From: Anthoceros angustus | Taxonomy: Eukaryota > Plantae > Anthocerotophyta | Direction: 5' to 3' | Assembly (NCBI GenBank): GCA_010909165.1 | Contig: VJWM01000151.1 | Coordinates: forward strand, 434,001-498,000 | DNA length: 64,000 nt | Part shown: one piece after another, positions 13,191-24,506 of the stretch | Layout of the letters: every line of letters starts with the position of its first letter | How positions within the stretch are numbered: the stretch's first letter is position 1 | Notes under the pieces: generated by a model | Told to the model about the DNA's origin: nothing | Seen by the model: the letters and a program-made list of their open reading frames with translations, nothing else | Database searches by the model: none | Made by a program: the position numbers and the translations under genes

Positions 13191-16100
13191 CAGTCCACAG
13201 CTGGATGAGAGCGAGGCACCTCATCAGCCGGGTCTCACTGCCAAAAATACAATGCTGATTAGGGTTGATCGGGTAGGGGCCCGCATGCTGTCAGCCCCCG
13301 CTCCAAAATTGGTAAAACCATTTATTCTTCATCCCCGTGCAGACCAAGCAAACTGCACGGTTAATACACTCTGGAAGAGCACTAGCTGATAATCCCACAG
13401 GTTGCTCCGTCAACTGAGCGGCCCATTGTGGGGTAATTGTTCGCGCTCCACTCTTCGGTGTTCCGGCCGGTGTAGACATTTACATTGTGCCTGTTGTTTT
13501 AGCATGCCTTGTTTTGGCGAGCAGAGGCAGGCGATATGTGAAGCGCGTGCGGATTGAACACTTTCCCCAAGAAGCTGGCCAGAGGTCTGTCTCAACACTT
13601 GCCGTGTGCCGGCAACTCAAGTTGCCCAATGTGGGGGGATGGCTTTTGCTCGACATCCATTGCTTCGTTCTGTGTAGGACAGCGTCCCTGTCCCCTTTTG
13701 GAGACCTTGTGGAGTCTTGTCGGCTGCCCAAAGACATCATGAGGAGCAACCAAGAGCCGAGAATACAGTGTAGAGACATACCAGCCAGCGGCAGGAGATT
13801 GAATGAAGCAGATCTAGAGCCTTGATGTACCAATTCAGCTGCCATGGAAGAGAATTCAGTGTGCCCTTGGAAGAGAATTCAGTGTGCCCTTGGAAGAGAA
13901 CGGATAGTGGGGTTTAGGCGCCACATCAATGTAAGGTAAGCCCGCACTGCCCGACCTGCATTCTGCTTAAACCATATGGACAGCCGTGTCACACCTAGGT
14001 TTTATGTACTTCAAACGCAAAACATGTTCAAGACTCGGGTAGTGCATGAGGCGCAGTGCATGAGGCGGTAGCATGCCAACTTGTTTGTGCGGAGTGATCG
14101 GAGGGGGAGATTTCTCCAAATGCATCAAGACACAAAATTTCACACGCTCCACAATGTGGGGGCCACATGGATAGCCAGTCCAAGCTCTGCCTGACAGAAG
14201 GCAGAGCATATCAGCTCCTATACAAATTTCACAAAGGGAAAGGCTCTATGAGCAGCCTCTCGAATGGGCCGACGTAAGTCTGGCCGTTCACGTCGCCGCC
14301 TCCAAAGGCTATTGAGGCTGCAGCCAGCTTGTCGGTGACTTTCGGCAGGGAGGGGATGCCGGAGTTAAGAAGCTACCCGAAATGGGTGGTGAACGACAAT
14401 TATCCCACATTGGGCCGCTCAGTGGACGTAAGAAGCTGTGGGAATATTTGGAGTCTCTTTCACACTCGGAAGTTAGGTAGATGGTTAACGTGTGAGCGTG
14501 GGATGGAACTTGTACGAGAGTTGGCTCCTACTCCATTGGTGCGGAATTTATATTTTCTGCTTTCCGAAAGCAGAACATATGGTGATCACTATGGAGCAGT
14601 CTGACGGAAAGCAAAACATAAGGTGATGGCTATGGAGTAGTCTGATGTACGGAATCCGAAGCACATGTGGAAATGGATAAGCCTCCGCAGGAACCAGGGG
14701 CATGCAGCACTACTACTTAGTACTCGCAAGACACTTCACTGTTCCCGATCGACTAGGACTGCATGTTGTTAGCCTGCCAGTACAACAGCTGCGGACCGGG
14801 TGCGGGTTACTGGCATGGGGCCCGGTGGGGTCGGAAAGATTCGTTGCCAGGCAGCTGGTCCTGCGATTCGTGTCTTGGATCTTGGGTCTTGTTCTTCCCT
14901 TAGCTCTTGCTCTTTCTCCTTTTCATGCTTCGGGCAAGGCCTTGCAGGCCGGCCAGGGTTTTAGGTGGCATGGTATTCGAATTGATACCTAGAAGGCATC
15001 CAGGCTCTGTGTCAGTTGAAATCACAAGAGACACGCAAAAACCAACGTGTTCTCTGAGTTTCTTTATACACTTTGAGGTTGCAGTGCAGCCTCAGGTTTA
15101 GGACTAGGGCTGGAAGCATACATAGAAGGCCCTTACCCTATCAATTCTACCGACCGTGATGGGATGATTGTCCGCTCAGTGGATGCCACCAGCTGTGGCA
15201 ATATCACCTACGTTCCCCTCTCCAGGTGGTGGAGGTCTCCTTCTAGACTATCGTGATAACTTATTTTTGGAATGGGGGCCTTACATGCTGGTTAGGATTA
15301 AAGGCTCAATTCTAAGCAGCACGTACATATGTCCAACAGCGCGACAAGTCTGTTTCAGTTTCTGTAGGAGGCCGGCTTCATTCATCTCCTGGCTGGTGGG
15401 TCCCTACACTGTATGCTCGGCTCTTGGTTGCCTCCCCTTTTTGTCTTTCGGCAGCGGACAAGACTCCAAATCTTCGGTAGCCTTTACAAGCAAACACAAG
15501 GTCTGCGAACTTCGAGTGCCGTACAGAATTCGTCCTGTTCACTGGCTTGTGGCTTTCAAGCCGGCAGACAATCAGGCGTCAGGATTCACCTATTCCGGGC
15601 TGACAGAAATGCCTGATGGCCGGTGCATTGCTTTGCATTATCCTCCTGACTGGCTCCAGGGCTATGAGGAGTGCATGGTCGTTCTGCTGAAAAACAATGA
15701 GAGGTAGAGAGTCACGGTCGGTAGGTATCCTGAAGCAAACTGACACGGCACCTCCAGCGGAGCACAATGTGTCGAAGGATCCGGAGCATCAACGTGTTCC
15801 ATGTCCGAGCGAATAAACAACCTCTCCTCCTTGAGCATTCTCTCGTCACAGAAATATCGTCACAGCTCAGGTGTAGGTACAGATAATACGATCAACAGGC
15901 CAGAGGACAAGACCAGCCCCAACCCGAGACCACCGCCCCAAGGCTCCAGTCAAGCACGTTGCAACATCCTCACAGGTGCTTTCTTGATGCGTGTCCGTGG
16001 GCCATTGGTGGACGCGTGGAACAAAATATCCAAACCAGGACTTGGTGGACGCCCGGTCGGCATGGAGCACTGGGATCCCGACGGCGGAGGTTCGAATTCT

Positions 16101-16270
16101 GTGCGCACTGTCCCGGATGAGTCACAGATGATACTCTCTTCTCCCGTACACGGAAGACGGGCGTGCATAGAGCCCGTGACGTCACAGATGAGACGCGCGT
16201 CTCGCTCCCCTACTTACTCCAAGGGACCATGCAGGGAGCCGAGCGAGAGGGCAAGGCAGCAGTAGCAGCG

Positions 16271-18016
16271 ATGGCCGGCATCGGAGCGTGGAGCGCAATT
16301 CTGCTGCTGCTGCTGCTGCAGGGGGAGTGGGGGAGGGCGCGAGCTGGAGGCATCCACTGCGAGGGCCAGGACTCCACCTGCACGATCTCGCCATGGATGT
16401 CGGTGTGGGGAGACCGGCAGGAATGTGCCTTCGCCAACGTGGTGTACCCCAAGACGGAGCAGGAGGTGGTCCAGGCGGTGGCCGACGCGGTCCGCCATGG
16501 CCGCAAGGTGAAGGTCACCCGCGGGTTCCCGCACTCCACCCCCAAGCTCACCTGCCCCGGGAGCAGCACGGGCACCGTCATCTCCACCGCGCGCTACGAC
16601 CCGACGATCGTGGTGGACGAGGGCGCCCGGACCGCGACAGTGGGAGCGGGAACCCAGCTGCATGATCTCCTGGAGGCCCTGGCGGAGAAGGGGCTGGCTC
16701 TCCCGAGCGTGCCCGTCTGGTCCTTCCTCACCGTGGTGGGCTTCATGTCCACGGGAGCGCACGGATCCTCCCTGTGGCCGGAATCGGGCCCGCTCCACGA
16801 CCGCATCGTGTCCCTCCGCCTGGTGGTGCCGGCCTCGGCGGCGGAAGGGTACGCGAAGGTGCTGGAGATCGGGGCTGGGTCGGACGAGGAGGTGCTGGCC
16901 GCGGCCAGGCTCTCGCTGGGCGTGCTGGGGGCCATCTCCCAGGTGACAATCCGGGCGGACGCCGCCTTCAAGCGGAAGCTCAGCTTTGAGAAGGCCTCCG
17001 ACTCCGACCTCCCGGATCGAGTCCTCTCCCACTCCCAGAGGAGCGAATTCGGGGAGGTGTTTTGGTTCCCGTCGCAGCGCCAGGCGGTCTTCCTTCACGC
17101 CAGCAGAGTCCCGGCCTCCACGCCCGGAGATGACATCTACAGCATGGAGGTCATTCTCCCTACCCTCCCCGAGAAGGTGATCCCGGGACGCGTGGTGCAG
17201 GAATTGGCGGAGGAGAGCGGGGACCGGAGCGGGATGTGCGACCTCGCGCCCAAGCTCATCGCCGCGAGCTGGGACACCGAGGGGAAGGAGCCGCTGGTGG
17301 GCTTCAACCACAGGATCCAGAGCAGCCAGGCGTGCAGGGTGCGGAAGCCCGGGGCCGGGACCTACTGCCTCTTCGACGAGCCGGAGTTGCACTGGCACGA
17401 GACCTCCTTCACCATAGCCGCGTCCAAGATCGGGGCCTACGTTCGGGACGTCGCGGCTCTGCGGGACAGGCGGCCGGACAGTCTGTGCGGGCTGGCGTTC
17501 GGGTACGGGCTGTGGTTCCGGTACATCCCGGGCCCGTCGCGGGCGCTGCTCGGGGAGAGCTACGATGTGGTGGATGTGAACGCGCTCTACTTTCGCACTG
17601 GCCGGGGCGGGGCGGAGGAGCCCAGGCTCGACCAGGATGTGTACGACGAGATCGAGCAGCTGGCGATGGTGAAGTACGGCGGGAGGCCGCACTGGGGGAA
17701 GTCCAACCGCTTCGTCTCCTTCCTCGGGACCCAGGAGAAGCTTGGCGAGAAGCTTCAGCGATTTGTGGCGGTGAAGAAAAAGCTGGATCCTGAGGGCATT
17801 TTCTCCAGCCCCTGGTCCGATGCCGTGCTGGGTCTGGGGGGGACCGAGCTCAACCAGCTCAAGCCGCGCTGCGGGCTTGAGGGGCTGTGCATCTGCCAGA
17901 CCGATGAGCATTGTAAACCCAGCGCTGGGTATTTCTGTCGCCCAGGATTGGTGTTTCCTCAAGCCCGGGTCTGCAGGTTTCAAGCCCAGCAAACATCTGG
18001 TAAGGAAGAGTTGTGA
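16271..18016 (+). CDS. L-gulonolactone oxidase-like FAD oxidoreductase (plant GulLO/ALO family), intronless, signal peptide, C-terminal KEEL
   Basis: Open 581-codon frame from MAGIGAWSAILLLLLL; FAD-binding RGFPHSTPKL, GFMSTGAHGSS, LSLGVLGAISQVT; ALO-family GGRPHWGKSNR; Cys-rich plant GulLO tail CGLEGLCICQTDEHC...C.PG. Confidence 0.9.
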   Translation: MAGIGAWSAILLLLLLQGEWGRARAGGIHCEGQDSTCTISPWMSVWGDRQECAFANVVYPKTEQEVVQAVADAVRHGRKVKVTRGFPHSTPKLTCPGSSTGTVISTARYDPTIVVDEGARTATVGAGTQLHDLLEALAEKGLALPSVPVWSFLTVVGFMSTGAHGSSLWPESGPLHDRIVSLRLVVPASAAEGYAKVLEIGAGSDEEVLAAARLSLGVLGAISQVTIRADAAFKRKLSFEKASDSDLPDRVLSHSQRSEFGEVFWFPSQRQAVFLHASRVPASTPGDDIYSMEVILPTLPEKVIPGRVVQELAEESGDRSGMCDLAPKLIAASWDTEGKEPLVGFNHRIQSSQACRVRKPGAGTYCLFDEPELHWHETSFTIAASKIGAYVRDVAALRDRRPDSLCGLAFGYGLWFRYIPGPSRALLGESYDVVDVNALYFRTGRGGAEEPRLDQDVYDEIEQLAMVKYGGRPHWGKSNRFVSFLGTQEKLGEKLQRFVAVKKKLDPEGIFSSPWSDAVLGLGGTELNQLKPRCGLEGLCICQTDEHCKPSAGYFCRPGLVFPQARVCRFQAQQTSGKEEL

Positions 18017-18354
18017 GGCAAGTTTCAGGTAAGTTGTTGAGGCAAGTTTCAAGCGCCTCACAAGTGCCTGAAACTTGCCTCACAATAAGTTTCAGGTAAG
18101 TTTCAGGTTGATAAATGTATGCATGATGTCTTCAAATATGGGACAGAGGAAGATAAAAGTGTTCCTCACTAGTCTCAACATCGATAAAAGTGTTCCGATA
18201 AAAGTGTTCCTCGGTCTCATCCCTGTTCCCTATAAAAGTGTTCCTCGGTCTCATCCCTGTGCCCTGGTGCATAACCTGCATATTCGGGTGTCCTTAGATG
18301 TCTTTGGACCCAGCCTTCTATCATTCTCAAACCTGAGATGGTGGGATCCCACCT

Positions 18355-18610
18355 GAAGATATCCATAATCATCCTAAGCTTGAAGGATAATCCATAATCA
18401 TCCTACTTGAAGGATAATCCATAATCATCCTAGTGGGATCCTGAGATGGTGGGATTCCACCTGAAGATAATCCATAATCATCCTAAGTTTGAAGGATAAT
18501 CCATAATCATCCTAAGTTTGAAGAAGGATAATCCATAATCATCCTAAGTTTGAAGGATAATCCATAATCATCCTAAGTTTGAAGGATAATCCATAATCAT
18601 CCTAAGCTTG
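18355..18610. repeat. Tandem array, ~29-bp unit gaaggataatccataatcatcctaagttt
   Basis: About 7 imperfect copies are directly visible. Confidence 0.9.
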
Positions 18611-18634
18611 AAGAATACGGTGCTTGAAGGACAT

Positions 18635-19155
18635 ATGGGTGCGAAGATAGAGAGGAAACATCGGAGGATACATGGGAGGATATATGGGTGCGAAGATAAA
18701 GGGTGCGAAGATAGAGAGAAACATTGGAGGATACATGGGTGCGAAGATAGAGAGGTGCGAAGATAGAGAGGTGCGAAGATAGAGAGAAACATTGGAGGAT
18801 ACATGGGTGCGAAGATAGAGAGAAACATTGGAGGATACATGGGTGCGAAGATAGAGAGAAACATTGGAGGATACACGGGTGCGAAGATAGAGAGGTGCAA
18901 AGATAGAGAGAAACATTAGAGAGAAACATTGGAGGATACATGGGTGCGAAGATAGCGAGGTGCGAAGATAGAGAGAAACATTAGAGAGAAACATTGGAGG
19001 ATACATGGGTGCGAAGATAGAGAGGTGCGAAGATAGAGAGAAACATTGGAGGATACATGGGTGCGAAGATAGAGAGGTGCGAAGATAGAGAGAAACATTG
19101 GAGGATACATGGGTGCGAAGATAGAGAGGTGCGAAGATAGAGAGGAAACATTGGT
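18635..19155. repeat. Compound tandem array, units gggtgcgaagatagagag / aaacattggaggatacat
   Basis: More than 20 copies of gtgcgaagatagagag, interleaved with aaacattggaggatacatgg. Confidence 0.92.
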
Positions 19156-19989
19156 TTCTCGAAGTTGGAGAGGATGCAAAAAAGTTGTTTGTAAGTTTTT
19201 AGCTTAGTGGGTAAGGGAGAGATTTGTAAGTTTTTAGTTTAGTGGGTAAGGGAGAGATAGGAGGATGTGAAAAAGTTGTTTGTAAGTTTTTAGTAGAGCG
19301 GGGTAAGGGAGAGATAGGAGACCAGTCTTACAAATAGGTAGGTTGTAGTTCAAGGCGAATGGACTTACAGATGGACTTATTCGGGAAAGAAACTGAAAGA
19401 GGGGGTGGGGTGGAAGACTCTCGGAATAAAACCCAAAGTTCTGGAACCAAAGGAGGAAGATTAGAGCCAGGAGGAAGACTGGGTATACCGGCAGGTCTTG
19501 TTTCTTGAGGAGGCTAGCTTCCGGGATGATTGGAATACAAGAAGGAGGTATGAGGGAGTGGAGGTGGGGTGATTAGACTGAGTTTCTTCTAAAGCTTGAC
19601 CAGCTAGGCATGTAGATGTGTTATACTTTTATTTGGGTATATTTTTGTGGTTTTAGTCACCCCTCAGGTTACAATTGGTAGCGGGAATGAGCCACTCTGC
19701 TCTTTGTGGAAGATAGTAGGTTATAATGGCGTTGTCATGAGCATTGAAGCTAGAAAAGGTGTACAAGACTTCATGAAACCCATCACAAGCTTCGGCAATG
19801 GCAAGAGAAGGTGTTGACTTGCAATATTGAAAAGGGGGGAAAAATTGGTGTGTATTTCTTTGAAGCTTGCAATATCAGTTGGGAAAAAATCCTTGGCTGC
19901 ACGAGATAACTGCTTGCATTCATATGAGCACTTCCTCAAGAGACAATCAAGCAAAATAAATCTAGTATTTTTGTATCAAGTAAAATAAA

Positions 19990-20497
19990 TCTAAGATGCA
20001 AACATCTTTGCAAACTAATAACGAGAGAGTAATTGGCATGTCGTGGCACAAATACACTCTCCCGCGAGAACAACACGCAAATTCCTCACACATTGCTCTC
20101 GGAGTCATAGCTTTAGCCTCCTCACAACATTTTTGTATTGCATATCTAGAGGACAAGCTATGATCTAAGTTTGTCCTTTGTGAAAGGGTCTATATATACT
20201 AGCCCTTGGCATCGGCATATTCCTAAGATATCCTATTGACATCAACATATGCCAGAAATATCTTAAGAATATACCATAATATGCAAGAAATATCCTAAAA
20301 CATATTACTTGTGCTTATCTCCTTAACTATTGCTAACCATGTTTATTTAACATGAATTAACATTTAATTAACATAAGTACTTGAGATTAATTAATTATTA
20401 ATCACTTATAATCACTTACTTAAAGGTAAGTAAATAGATTGATTAATATTAATCCAACACCCAAGCGTTCAGTGCATATTAGTGTCACACGGCATGA
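19990..20497 (-). mobile_element. Diverged LTR fragment of the DNMT/PHD Gypsy family
   Basis: Reverse complement aligns to 60815-61420, starting gtcatgccgtgtga(c/t)actaat and including gctatgactccgagagc(a/g)atgtgtgaggaatttgcgtg. Confidence 0.8.
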
Positions 20498-21509
20498 CCT
20501 AATACATCTTTGAAGAATGAACTAGGCACATATAAAATCCTTACCTATTACTATCACATTGATCCCACAAAGCAAAGGAACCACCACCTGCTCAAACATC
20601 ACCAACACTATCACCCTCAACTTTAAACAGGTTCACTAGCAACTTCATGAGCACCAAGGGTATTTGATAAACACATACCACCTTTTAATCATTCAACTCG
20701 AATCTAGACTGTCCATTATTGATTGTCCATTATAGCATAAAATTTTCATGGAAATCACAACCCCGAAAAGCTAGACCGAAAATATCTGAAGAACTTTTTA
20801 GATTCCATGAACAAGGAGATTGGTCTCACAAAATATTATATAGATGAGGATTTTTTTAAGGCAAATATATTATAATTACCTTAGGAAGCTGATTGGTACG
20901 TATTACAAGTGGGTTGATGCTTTTAAGCAAGATAAAGATTCTGGGAAGGCCAGAATAAGATCAAGAACGAAAAATAATTGATAAATATAAATATAAATAT
21001 AAATATATATTTAATGTATTCTGAAATAAATCAGGGAAGAGAAATCTTTTAACAAGGGTTCTGATTCCCCTATGTTTTCACATCGTAATATCGTAGCAGA
21101 GGAGACCGTACTCCCCCAAGCTCATATGTATACACACACAAAAAAGGAAAACTGGATAGTTTCCGATTGTCCCAGATTTGGACTTTGGGTTTAACTTTGG
21201 GTTAAGATGTAGACTTTGGGTTTAGGTTGTCACTACCCAGTCGTTTCAGGCTTGAATTCATAAACAAGAAAGTGCTTTCCACTTCACGGGGAGGTGTCAG
21301 AACTTGAGAAGACAACCAGGTGTGAGAAATGGCATGCGGTGAAGCGGGGATTCGGAGGCCGAGGGCGGGGATGTAAAGAATGGGCTGATCTTGGATGGAG
21401 GTGCAACAGGTCAGGAGGAAGTCCCCAAGCTTGTAGAAGCTTACGCTGGTAGGATGATGCTGTCAGCGGAAACATCGGTTCCGCAATTGTCTGTGAACAT
21501 AGGGTACCC

Positions 21510-23378
21510 GTGCCGGGGAGCATGGCGGAGAACCACAGACAAGACCTTGGGATGGTTTCTGGTGCAATTGAGGATAGCCATGCGCGACACGGTATGGACA
21601 GTTTCCAGCATTCCGGTGTCCATTTTGAGGGAGAGTGCTCTCACTTGGGAGCTGCCTTGCCGGGACAGGTGGAACCGCCGTTGAGATTGGAGACTGACAC
21701 TGCGAGTGTTCCTGTGGTGGAACGGATCTCCCACTATGGCGACCAGAGCTCAGCCCTGCTCGCTGTGGAGGGAGCCGATGCCACAGCAAGTGCTCAGCCT
21801 GTATACAATGAATTCTATCCTATTCCTGACGAAATCGTACAGCTTTTGAGAGGGGACTCCATTGACGTCAACTTCGCGGCCAAGGAAGTGGATGGTGTGG
21901 AATCGTCTACGTCTCAGGAGGTTGCACGGCTTTGCGGAGCTTTTTCCACAGGAATGCCTCAGGCAGCTCAAGGTATGGCTGAGTCTCCGATTGACCGGAC
22001 CACAACGGATCAGCGACTGGGTGTGCTTTTGGGATTGGTAGTTATAGTGTTGCAGCAGATTATTTCCTTGCTTCCCGCAGTGTGGAGTGGGAAAAAACGA
22101 AAGAGGGAGGACGGCGCAGCGCAGCAATTGCTGCTGGAGCTTGATGATGAGACTAGGAGGGTTAGCGATGAAGAGGATGATGAGTATTCCCGGCTGTTGC
22201 CCATCGTATCCATGTACCAGATAAACCTCAACAGTCTACTGCTGGCTGTTGCGAGAGACAGAGAGGATTCGGTGGGCGCCCGGAAAGGTATGGATTGGAT
22301 TCACGACTATCAGATGGGGATGTGCAACGATGAAAAGTGCATCGAGAACTTGAGGATGTCCTCTGGCACCTTCAATTTCATCATGGAGGCGCTAAGGCCA
22401 CATTGCACTAAGCAGATGACGAATTTTAAGAAGCCTATCTGTGTGGAACTGAAGGTGGCTGCATGCATTTACAAGCTGGTAAATGGATCTACCTTGGCAA
22501 AAACTTCGGAGGCATTCAACATTGGGAAGGCTACTGTGTATGATATCATGAGGGAGATTATTCCTGCCATTGTCAAGGTCTTTGGCCAGAAGTTTTTGTG
22601 GCCTTCAGGACAGTACATGCATGAGATTATGGACAACATCCACAGTCGGACAGGATTACCGAACTGCATCGGGTGCATTGGGAGCTCCCACGTTTCCATT
22701 ATGCAGCCGTCCTTGAGCGGACAGGATCGTAAGTGCAGGAAGCAGACTATCAGCTACACAGTCCAAGCTGTATGTGATCACAATTTGAGATTCACAGATG
22801 TGTTTGTAAGTATGCCTGGGTATGGTCACGACAGTAGAGTTTTAAGAAGTTCTGTCCTATGGAAAATGGCTAACAACCATCTACTCTTTGATGACCGACC
22901 GAATACTTTTCCTTCTGGGGTGCTGCTCCATAGCTACTTGTTAGGTGATAACTCTTTTCCCAACTTGCAGTGGTTGATCACACCATTCAAGCACTATGGT
23001 AGAAGGTCTTTGACAGAAGATGAGAAGGACTTCAATAACCGAGTCAATCAGGGTCGGGTTTTGATCGACCAAGCCTTCTTTGTGTTGAAGAGAACATTCC
23101 AGGAGCTTGCACGCCCCAGTCGCCTGGCTGCCGGCTACCTTCCAAAGGTGATCACTGCTTGCATGTGCCTACACAATGTATTGTTGGACTCGAAAGAGTT
23201 AGACGTTGCTGGAGTGGATCAGGATTCTGGCAGGAGTCAGTCTGCACATCATGGTATTGAACAGGCAAGGCCCCATACATTGCATCCGGAGGAGGCAAGT
23301 GGAGACATGTTGCGGGAGGGGCTCCTTCAGTACACCCAGTTTGTTAGGGACATACAGGCAGATGGGCCTCTCCTCTGA
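21510..23378 (+). CDS. PIF/Harbinger transposase-derived protein (DDE_Tnp_4 type, ALP1/HARBI1-like)
   Basis: Uninterrupted 622-aa ORF with LRMSSGTFNFI, ELKVAACIYKL, PNCIGCIGSSHV, QAVCDHNLRFTDV, HDSRVL, YLLGDNSFP, RVLIDQAFFVLK. The true start codon is uncertain. Confidence 0.85.
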   Translation: MPGSMAENHRQDLGMVSGAIEDSHARHGMDSFQHSGVHFEGECSHLGAALPGQVEPPLRLETDTASVPVVERISHYGDQSSALLAVEGADATASAQPVYNEFYPIPDEIVQLLRGDSIDVNFAAKEVDGVESSTSQEVARLCGAFSTGMPQAAQGMAESPIDRTTTDQRLGVLLGLVVIVLQQIISLLPAVWSGKKRKREDGAAQQLLLELDDETRRVSDEEDDEYSRLLPIVSMYQINLNSLLLAVARDREDSVGARKGMDWIHDYQMGMCNDEKCIENLRMSSGTFNFIMEALRPHCTKQMTNFKKPICVELKVAACIYKLVNGSTLAKTSEAFNIGKATVYDIMREIIPAIVKVFGQKFLWPSGQYMHEIMDNIHSRTGLPNCIGCIGSSHVSIMQPSLSGQDRKCRKQTISYTVQAVCDHNLRFTDVFVSMPGYGHDSRVLRSSVLWKMANNHLLFDDRPNTFPSGVLLHSYLLGDNSFPNLQWLITPFKHYGRRSLTEDEKDFNNRVNQGRVLIDQAFFVLKRTFQELARPSRLAAGYLPKVITACMCLHNVLLDSKELDVAGVDQDSGRSQSAHHGIEQARPHTLHPEEASGDMLREGLLQYTQFVRDIQADGPLL

Positions 23379-24425
23379 AGCCGCATACAGTAGCTACTGA
23401 TGTGTGCCGGTAAGGTCTCCAGCACTCATGACCCTGCGGATGATGGCACCGTACCTTGTCGAATCCAGTGCCCGTAGATTCTTGTATTCAGGTACACACC
23501 TTCTCGGTGCTGCATCCCCACTGTGTTTTTTGGATCCGACAGTCTCGATCATTGAAATCAAATCCAGCTTGTAAGACAATTACTAATCAGTTGAATGGAT
23601 GCTCGTTCCGCCTGTGGAAACAGGAAAGGCGTGTACAGTAGATGGGTGAACTGCCTCACATTGACCATTGAGGGACCTACCAAGCGAGGGCTGCAGTGGG
23701 ACCGTCCACGGAGACGCGAGGCCGACGCGGTAGCAACAACGGTAGCAGCTCCAGCAGCATCGCCATGTCAGCCCTAAACCCTTAACCCTGAACCAGCAGC
23801 ATCACCATCTCAACCTTGCTCCCCTTCTGCCTTGTCGGAATGCTGCACCAAAAAGTGCGCATTCGAGACATGCTGCACCAAAATTGCGAACTCTTCTTCG
23901 TCATTGTCCGTTACTGGCAAAGCAGGTTCAAGGTCAGTCGCCTTAGGGAAAACAGCAACACAGCCGCCCATGGAGACATCCTGGCGCAGGAAAAGCATTA
24001 GAAATTGTGTGTCAGCATCTGACAACTATGTAGGAACTGTAACCTAAACCGCCAACAACTGGACCTCCTCCTCCACCGACTTGCGGGCACATGTCATACG
24101 CATCGAGCCATGTCCCACGCATCGAACCATGTCCTGCGGCAAAGCGAAGAAAAAGACGGCTTCCCTCACCTCAGTCCCCAATCAGCAGCAGCTTTAAAAG
24201 ACAGTCACTGCACAGAGCCAGGACGGCGTAAGCACAAAATGGGCAAAAACATGGCACAGGTCCGACCAGCGCATGCCCTCCCTCTCATGGCAGCGATCCT
24301 AGGTTGCTTTCCAAGGTCGCTCTCCAAGCAATGAAGGGACCGTCCAGTTTGGTTTGAACCTTGGAGATTCGAGTCAACACGGGAGGTAAAAGGAGAGTGC
24401 ATTTGGTCTGAACGTTTCGGGCATT

Positions 24426-24506
24426 CGTGGTCGGCAGGATTCGAACCTGCGCGGGCGAACCCACATGATTTCTAGTCATGCCCGATAACCACTCCGGCAC
24501 GACCAC
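24426..24506 (-). tRNA. trnS-AGA: tRNA-Ser(AGA)
   Basis: Reverse complement GTGGTCGTGCCGGAGTGGTTATCGGGCATGACTAGAAATCATGTGGGTTCGCCCGCGCAGGTTCGAATCCTGCCGACCACG: 7-bp acceptor stem, CATGA/TCATG anticodon stem with AGA, long variable arm, GTTCGAATC T-loop. Confidence 0.97.

Noticed and set aside
15168-15707. 179-aa ORF as a possible LINE C-terminal remnant
   Set aside because: No diagnostic RT or zinc-finger motif could be confirmed by eye.
16214-18061. 615-aa antisense ORF opposite the GulLO gene (and similar long antisense or alternate-frame ORFs at 27493-30543)
   Set aside because: Shadow ORFs expected from very high GC3 codon usage; no recognisable domain.
18355-19155. CRISPR-like appearance of the 29-36 bp repeats
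   Set aside because: No unique spacers and no cas genes, in a eukaryotic context; these are plain tandem arrays. The MYPPMFLSIFAP ORFs are repeat translations.
21183-21230. Telomere-like tttgggttta/tttagg words
   Set aside because: Only 3-4 degenerate units; at most telo-box-like promoter motifs, not an interstitial telomere.
23394-24050. Short ORFs including Cys-rich CCTKKCAFETCCTK
   Set aside because: No recognisable family, no convincing splice structure, and competing frames on both strands.
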